The translations under genes and the position numbers were made by a program. A DNA stretch of 62,224 bases, counting the filler. It is 12 parts of 12 records of this genome, joined end to end, with 100 filler letters (N's around TTAATTAATTAA, not from the genome) between each part and the next. Parts side by side here need not be neighbours in the genome. Positions count along the whole stretch, not along the records: positions 56,720 to 62,224 come from SRR15195285_2149; 11 more parts are not named here. One strand, given 5' to 3'. Positions 57,034 to 62,224 of the stretch are shown piece after piece (position 1 is the first letter of the stretch; each line of letters opens with the position of its first letter). Below the pieces are notes generated by a model. The model did not search any database. It saw only the letters and a list, made by a program, of their open reading frames with translations, and was not told where the DNA came from.

Positions 57034-59719
57034 GAGCGCCCCCCGCCGCCGCAGCCTCTGCCGATCTCGTGCTGACCTACTGTCCGCGCGTACGCGCTGC
57101 CTGGACAGATGTGGATGAGCTCACAAGGCAGCTGAAGGGGCAACTCGGGGTTGCCGAGCACGCCAAGCTCGTTGCCCAGTGCATCGATGCGGTGCGGCGT
57201 TCGGTCACAGTTCTTTCTTGACCGCGCCTTTTGAGCTACTTCACCGCTGCTGTTGAGCGTATCCTCAGCTGTCCTGTCCGTCGTGCAGGATTTCGACGAA
57301 GTTGTGGCGCTGGTCGACCTGGATGATCTGACCGATGATGGCGAAGTTATGCTCACGTACCCGGGGGGCGGCGATCCACCGTCCGCACCAGTTGTCGCAC
57401 CACAGGGATTGTCGTCGCAGCCCGTCCCGGCAGCAGTGGTTTCCATGGAGCCGGCAAGCGCGCCGTTCAACAGCTTTGCGCAGGCGCCGGCGCCGGCGCC
57501 GGCGCCCGCGCCCGCGCCCGCGCCCGCAACAGCTAGCCCGGCGACCGCCCGCATCGCGAGCTACGCTCCTGGCACCCCAACAGCAGCGAGTGGTGATCTG
57601 ATGCTCTTGGCCGTAGAGCTGGACCAGTGTGAGCTGGCACCCGAAGGTGGTTCGCTGCAGGTCGCGTGCAGCGACGTTGCAGGTCTTGGAGAGGAGCTGG
57701 GCGTGCAGCTCGGCCTCGCAGACGTCAAATTTCAAGTATTCGATGCAGATTTCGAGGAGTGGTGTACTCCAACAACTCTGGACGAGATGGGTGGCAGTGT
57801 GCGAATTGTGCTCACCGGTGGCACCCGAACTGGGACGGCGACGTCTGCTGCCCGCACCCCGACAGAGTCGCAACTCAGCCCCCGCGAAGTCGCCGCAGCT
57901 CTGGGCGAAGACGAGCACAGCTTGCTCGCGAGCCAGCAGGCGGAGATACAGGCGTTGCAGCAGCGACTGTCTGTGGCGGAAGCAAGCACAGAATCGTCGG
58001 GAGTGCAGGAGCTCATGGCTATGGGGTTCAGCAGGACCTCTTCGCGCTCTGCCCTCGAAGCAAGCAGAGGTGAAGTGCAGGTTGCTGCCGAGATGCTGCT
58101 TGAGAATCCTGATCAAGGCCAGGTGTTGCCTCCTGCTCCTGCGCCTTCCCCGGCTCCAATTGAGTGGGTTGGCTACAGCAGCACTGGTGGCGGCCGACCG
58201 GCTGAGGCCATCACTCCGATCTCCCAGCGAGGTGGCAGAGGATCCCGTGGCGGGGGCAGCCGTGGAGCTCCCGAACAATCGCTCAACCCAGCAGATTTGA
58301 TCAACAGTGAGGCGAGCACTCGCGGAATTCCACCGGCACGCATCACGCAAATGCTCCAGGAGCTGCAAGCAGTCACCTCAGTATCGGTTTCTGAGGCGCA
58401 AGAGCTTCTCCTTGCGGCAAATCTTGACCTCAATCGTGCTGTCGAGCATTTCTTTACATCTGATCGAGCGACAACCGATGCTGGTGGTGCCAGTGACGGA
58501 CCTCCTGCAACACAGCCACCAGCATCCTATGTAGGTGGTGCATCCTCGTCAGACAGCTGGGCTGTGCAGGAAGCTGAGCAACTTGGGCTGTTCTCGGATG
58601 GCTCTATCGAGTCGGCCGAGGAGCTCGCAGCCAAGAAGCAACTGGTTGACAAGCTACAAGCATACAAGTTAGCCAACCCGATTGCGGAGACGCTTCCTAT
58701 CTTTGATGTTGTCCAGTTTGCCTGGGAACACATGAGCGAGTCACTTGATCCCGCTGAGATCCATCGACAGTTCGAGTCGCAGTCGCGGAACGCTGCATCG
58801 ATCCGCATGTCGATGAGCCTAGGCTTTCAATCGATTGCCGCTGACATGGGCCGCTTCAAAGCCATGAACGCACGAGAGATTCAGCGCGTCGCGAGTCACT
58901 CTGGTCCCTTGGATCATGAAGAGAAGAAGGCTAAGATAAAGAGATGGAAAACGCAATGGTTTGCGCTGTGGCACTCACCCGCAGAAGATGACATGGTTTT
59001 GCTCTGTTATGAATCTGCAGACGCTGCAGCACCGATCGGGCTTGCTCGACTGGTACGTGGCGGATATTCTGTACAGCCACCCAAGCAGCCCCGGCGAGGT
59101 CACCCCTTCTGCTTCAGAATCTCTATCGATCCGGCTTCTGGTGAGAGCAAAAGTGGGAAATACATCCTTTGTGCAAGTACCCAGGAAGAGATGGACGGGT
59201 GGGTTGAAGCTCTACAGCCGCCAGCAGCACGATCGCGCACCGAAGCTAAGCGTGAGCTCCTGGCTGTACAGCAGAAGGCAGCAAAGGCATTGACGATTCT
59301 CCGCAACTCCTTCCAAGTAAACGGGGTGAGAAAGACTCTCGGCGTGACAGGGGCAAAGGTTATCACACCGACTGCGTTCAAACATGGTTGGCTCCGGCGC
59401 GAAGACAAGCAGCGCAAAGGGCACTGGCGTCGCTGCTTCTGCGTGCTATGGAGATTACCAACAGCGCTCGCGCAGGACCCATTTTTCCTGCTGTTCTACC
59501 CGGATAGAGCTGCACACAAGCCCGATGGGTTTTTAACTCTTGGGCCGGGTCAGTACAGGGTGGTTGCGCAACCTGCGCGCAAAGATTTCGAGTTTGTCCT
59601 CCGAGTCGATAGTTCTTCGCCGGACGGTGATGACAAGCTGTTGCTGTGCTCTGAGACCAGACAGGAGCATCAGGCGTGGCTAGAGGTTCTGCATACTCTG
59701 TTCAGCGGGCCAGCGACGG
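57034..59719 (+). CDS. Adaptor protein: two PB1/UBL-like repeats, two UBA-like domains, two PH domains (ends uncertain)
   Basis: UBA VQELMAMGFSR..VAAEMLL and UBA-like AQELLLAANLDLNRAVEHFF. PH1 ends ASTQEEMDGWVEAL; PH2 runs KHGWLRRE..SETRQEHQAWLEVL. Intron 57192-57288; donor at 59720. Confidence 0.78.
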
Positions 59720-60522
59720 GTGCGATGCTCGCATGTCTGCATCACTTTTGCTCTGTTGTATCCAAGTCGTATTTTTTCTGGTCTTGCCAGACTTTTTGTT
59801 TGCGCTATTCACTATCTGATGTTGGTTGTACAATGCGTACGCACAACATGCTATTTGCTTATGGTGCTTGACTGGACCCTGTTTGTCACTGTGCTGACCT
59901 GATGTGACATTGACAACATATGTACCTCGACCTGAAATTATTGACCGCTCTGCACGTTCGCTGATATCCTGGTCATTGTTTCTGCATCCACCCAGTGCCT
60001 GGCGCAAGGGGTACTCTTCCTAGCCCAGATGCCCTGCACTCACGATCTCTGCTTGTTGCCTGTCTTTTTGTTTGTTTGTGTTGGCCATCTCAGTGATGCT
60101 TCCCTGTAAATTTGCTTGTTCAAATACTGTGTAGTGTCTACTGTGCCATGCAAAACCTGCATTGCTGCGCATGTTACAATATCTGCCTTGCCACTTACTG
60201 GTGTGTGTTGCTGTCTTGGCGTGTGCAGCACCTCGTACTTTCTCGACCGGCTACTAATGCTGAGACAAGAGACAGTGCGCAGCGTGTCTGATCCGCTGCA
60301 ATCGACGTGATGTGAAAGAGACCGGCTCGCTTCTCTACAGTGCACGCTCGGGCGTGCTCCGTGCTACACGGAGACAGCATGGCCTACGCATGGCCTACGA
60401 AGTAGACGACGAGAGTGCGGTCAAGTGGATCTTCATTTATGCGTACCCATAACAATGCTACATACCCGAAGCGAATGTCTCCCGTTCTGTTATCTAGCTA
60501 CCTTCATGACTAGCTGTCTTGT

Positions 60523-62199
60523 CTAGTCCCGGTCCAATCGGCGCTGCGTTGCGCAATTCTGCACCGTGCGCGTTACTCGCAGACGGCGCAGCAACGATAT
60601 CAACACTGCAGCCGCAAAAGCGAAGACGATGAGCTTGCCACTTGAGCTGTTCGCCGCCACCCCATCTTCAATTTGTGTGACACCAGGCACGCGTCCTTCA
60701 CCTCCTGGACCTGCACCGCGGCACTCGGCGTGCCAGCTGGTGTGGTCATACTCATCTGGCACGATCGCTTCAGTGTGTCTCAATAGCGCCTGCAGACCAA
60801 TCAAGCAGGCTGGCTCTGCGTCTGATCCAAGCTCAGCGCAATTGGCCCGTGGGACCGACAGTGGCTCTCCATTCATGGTGACAGCCACGTACCACTGCTC
60901 TTTGTCTGAGTCAAGAAACTTAGCTTTGCTGCCGTGTCGCCAGAGCTCGATCGCCAAAGCCGAGGCGTAAGGTGGATTGTAATCCAGCGGTGCGCCCAAG
61001 GCAGCGCACAGGGCCATTAATGTGGAGTCATGCGCGGAGTACAACGTAAACGGAGTCAGAGGAGCACCCCCTGAGCCACCATCTGCAGCTAGTCCTGCCT
61101 CTTCTACCTCTTCTCCCTCCTCGTGCAATCCTCCGTTCTCAGCACCGTTTGCAAGTGCCACCAGCCGATGACGAATTGCAGCCACCAACAACCCCCCCGA
61201 GAGTCGACCCAGTTGTGGGGTCGGTCCGTATTTACGCGCGCGACACCAATGATAAAGCTTCGCAGCTCGGTCTAGCAGTGCGCCGTTGTTGGCGGTGAGG
61301 AGCGTTGGGAGGGCATGCGCGAAGTTGTGATTCAGCAGAACGTTGATGGAGTCAAAGAGCGGAACGAAGCACCAGAGAGACCAGGTCTGCTCGACATCAT
61401 GTGCTAGGCCAGCAGCTTCGACGATGCTGCGCCAGCTGGCCAACGTGCCGCCTGGCTCCAGCTCCAATTTCTCTTTCACTCTCCATTCGTGCCCGTCGTG
61501 TAGCTCACCAAGGTGCTGCTGATAGACCGGGCATAAGTCAAACGCGCGCAGCAGTGCATCCTGTGCCTTCGGTACGCTGTGTAGGGCTGCCGTGCGACCT
61601 GCCGCTCCTCCCCAAGCCGATGGTGAGGGTGCGTCAGTTGAGCTGATGGGTTCCGTAACCTCGTCGCCACCGCCAGTCCCACGTAAGCCACCTGCAGTTG
61701 CAGTAGCTGCGGACCATGGGTACGGGTATGGGCCACTGGGATTTGCGCAGGCAACAGGCTCGCTGAACAGACCAAACAGGAAAGCTTGCCCGGAGCGCAG
61801 CGTTCTATCACTAGCCGTCGAGCGAGCGTAGACCTTGCGTGCGTCGTATCGATCGCCGACCAACGTGCCATATCGACAGCGGCAGCGGGCGCCTAGCCGC
61901 CGGTGCTGCTCCTCGCCTCTCGTCGTTAGGTCACCCCAAGGGGCGCTAATCCAGCGGGATCTGTCTGTGTCACTCAAACCGGGCGTCAACGCACTGGGGA
62001 CAGGGTGCAGCGCAGAGCGATCACCATGACGGGTCACTACTATAACACCGTACATCTCCAGTGAAACCTGCATCCCCCCACCTGCATCCCCACCGGGCCT
62101 GTTCGCGCCACAGCAGGCCAGCAGCAAGAGCAACAACAGCAGAGGCACGGCAGGCCCGCCGCGCTTCAGCGCGCGCCGGCGCCCTCGTTCACCTCGCAC
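60523..62199 (-). CDS. Histidine acid phosphatase (branch 2; lysosomal/prostatic acid phosphatase-like), type I membrane protein
   Basis: Motifs RHGDRS, GDLTTRGEEQH, ARST..RTLRS, YSAHDST and PPYASAL, with an N-terminal hydrophobic stretch and a C-terminal TM helix. The start may lie beyond the window. Confidence 0.92.
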   Translation of the reverse strand: MRGERGRRRALKRGGPAVPLLLLLLLLACCGANRPGGDAGGGMQVSLEMYGVIVVTRHGDRSALHPVPSALTPGLSDTDRSRWISAPWGDLTTRGEEQHRRLGARCRCRYGTLVGDRYDARKVYARSTASDRTLRSGQAFLFGLFSEPVACANPSGPYPYPWSAATATAGGLRGTGGGDEVTEPISSTDAPSPSAWGGAAGRTAALHSVPKAQDALLRAFDLCPVYQQHLGELHDGHEWRVKEKLELEPGGTLASWRSIVEAAGLAHDVEQTWSLWCFVPLFDSINVLLNHNFAHALPTLLTANNGALLDRAAKLYHWCRARKYGPTPQLGRLSGGLLVAAIRHRLVALANGAENGGLHEEGEEVEEAGLAADGGSGGAPLTPFTLYSAHDSTLMALCAALGAPLDYNPPYASALAIELWRHGSKAKFLDSDKEQWYVAVTMNGEPLSVPRANCAELGSDAEPACLIGLQALLRHTEAIVPDEYDHTSWHAECRGAGPGGEGRVPGVTQIEDGVAANSSSGKLIVFAFAAAVLISLLRRLRVTRTVQNCATQRRLDRD

Positions 62200-62224
62200 T
62201 GCTGCTGCTGCTGCTGCTGCTGCT
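62199..62224. repeat. (CTG)n microsatellite at a contig end
   Basis: Similar CTG/CAG runs end contigs at ~5248-5274, ~24002-24027 and ~47537-47568. A (GCTCCG)n run starts at 27816. Confidence 0.9.

Noticed and set aside
1..62224. Apparent cluster of chromatin/ubiquitin genes (ADD, PARP, USP, SWIB-HMG, SET, UBA-PH) as a single system
   Set aside because: They sit on separate contigs joined artificially. Only SWIB-HMG and SET are truly adjacent, and nothing suggests functional linkage.

Overview
This window is not one locus. It is 12 short contigs (about 3.4-12.4 kb) joined by 11 artificial 100-nt linkers (N44-TTAATTAATTAA-N44), so adjacency across linkers means nothing. The DNA is GC-rich and eukaryotic: GT-AG introns, often with a GTGCG donor, plus CTG and EPEPEP-coding microsatellites. 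It is probably a protist; the EPEP habit recalls Picozoa-type assemblies, which I cannot verify. About 20 genes or gene fragments can be supported. They include a stand-alone ADD zinc-finger protein, a tandem F-type lectin, a multidomain tankyrase-like PARP, a TPR/ankyrin protein, a GH3 next to a GH43-like enzyme, EF-hand polytopic membrane proteins, an SRPBCC protein, a Ser/Thr kinase, a ~3400-aa USP, DEK-SWIB-HMG-SWIB, a SET methyltransferase, UBA-PH-PH and a histidine acid phosphatase. The best finds are missed or fragmented in the ORF track. They are an MLCK-type calmodulin-binding tail on a divergent kinase, a quadruple-CX9C protein, the helicase-less ADD protein, and a ~94-nt intergenic hairpin. 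I found no CRISPR array, rRNA, tRNA, transposase or operon-like system. All domain calls are by-eye motif recognition; no searches were run.
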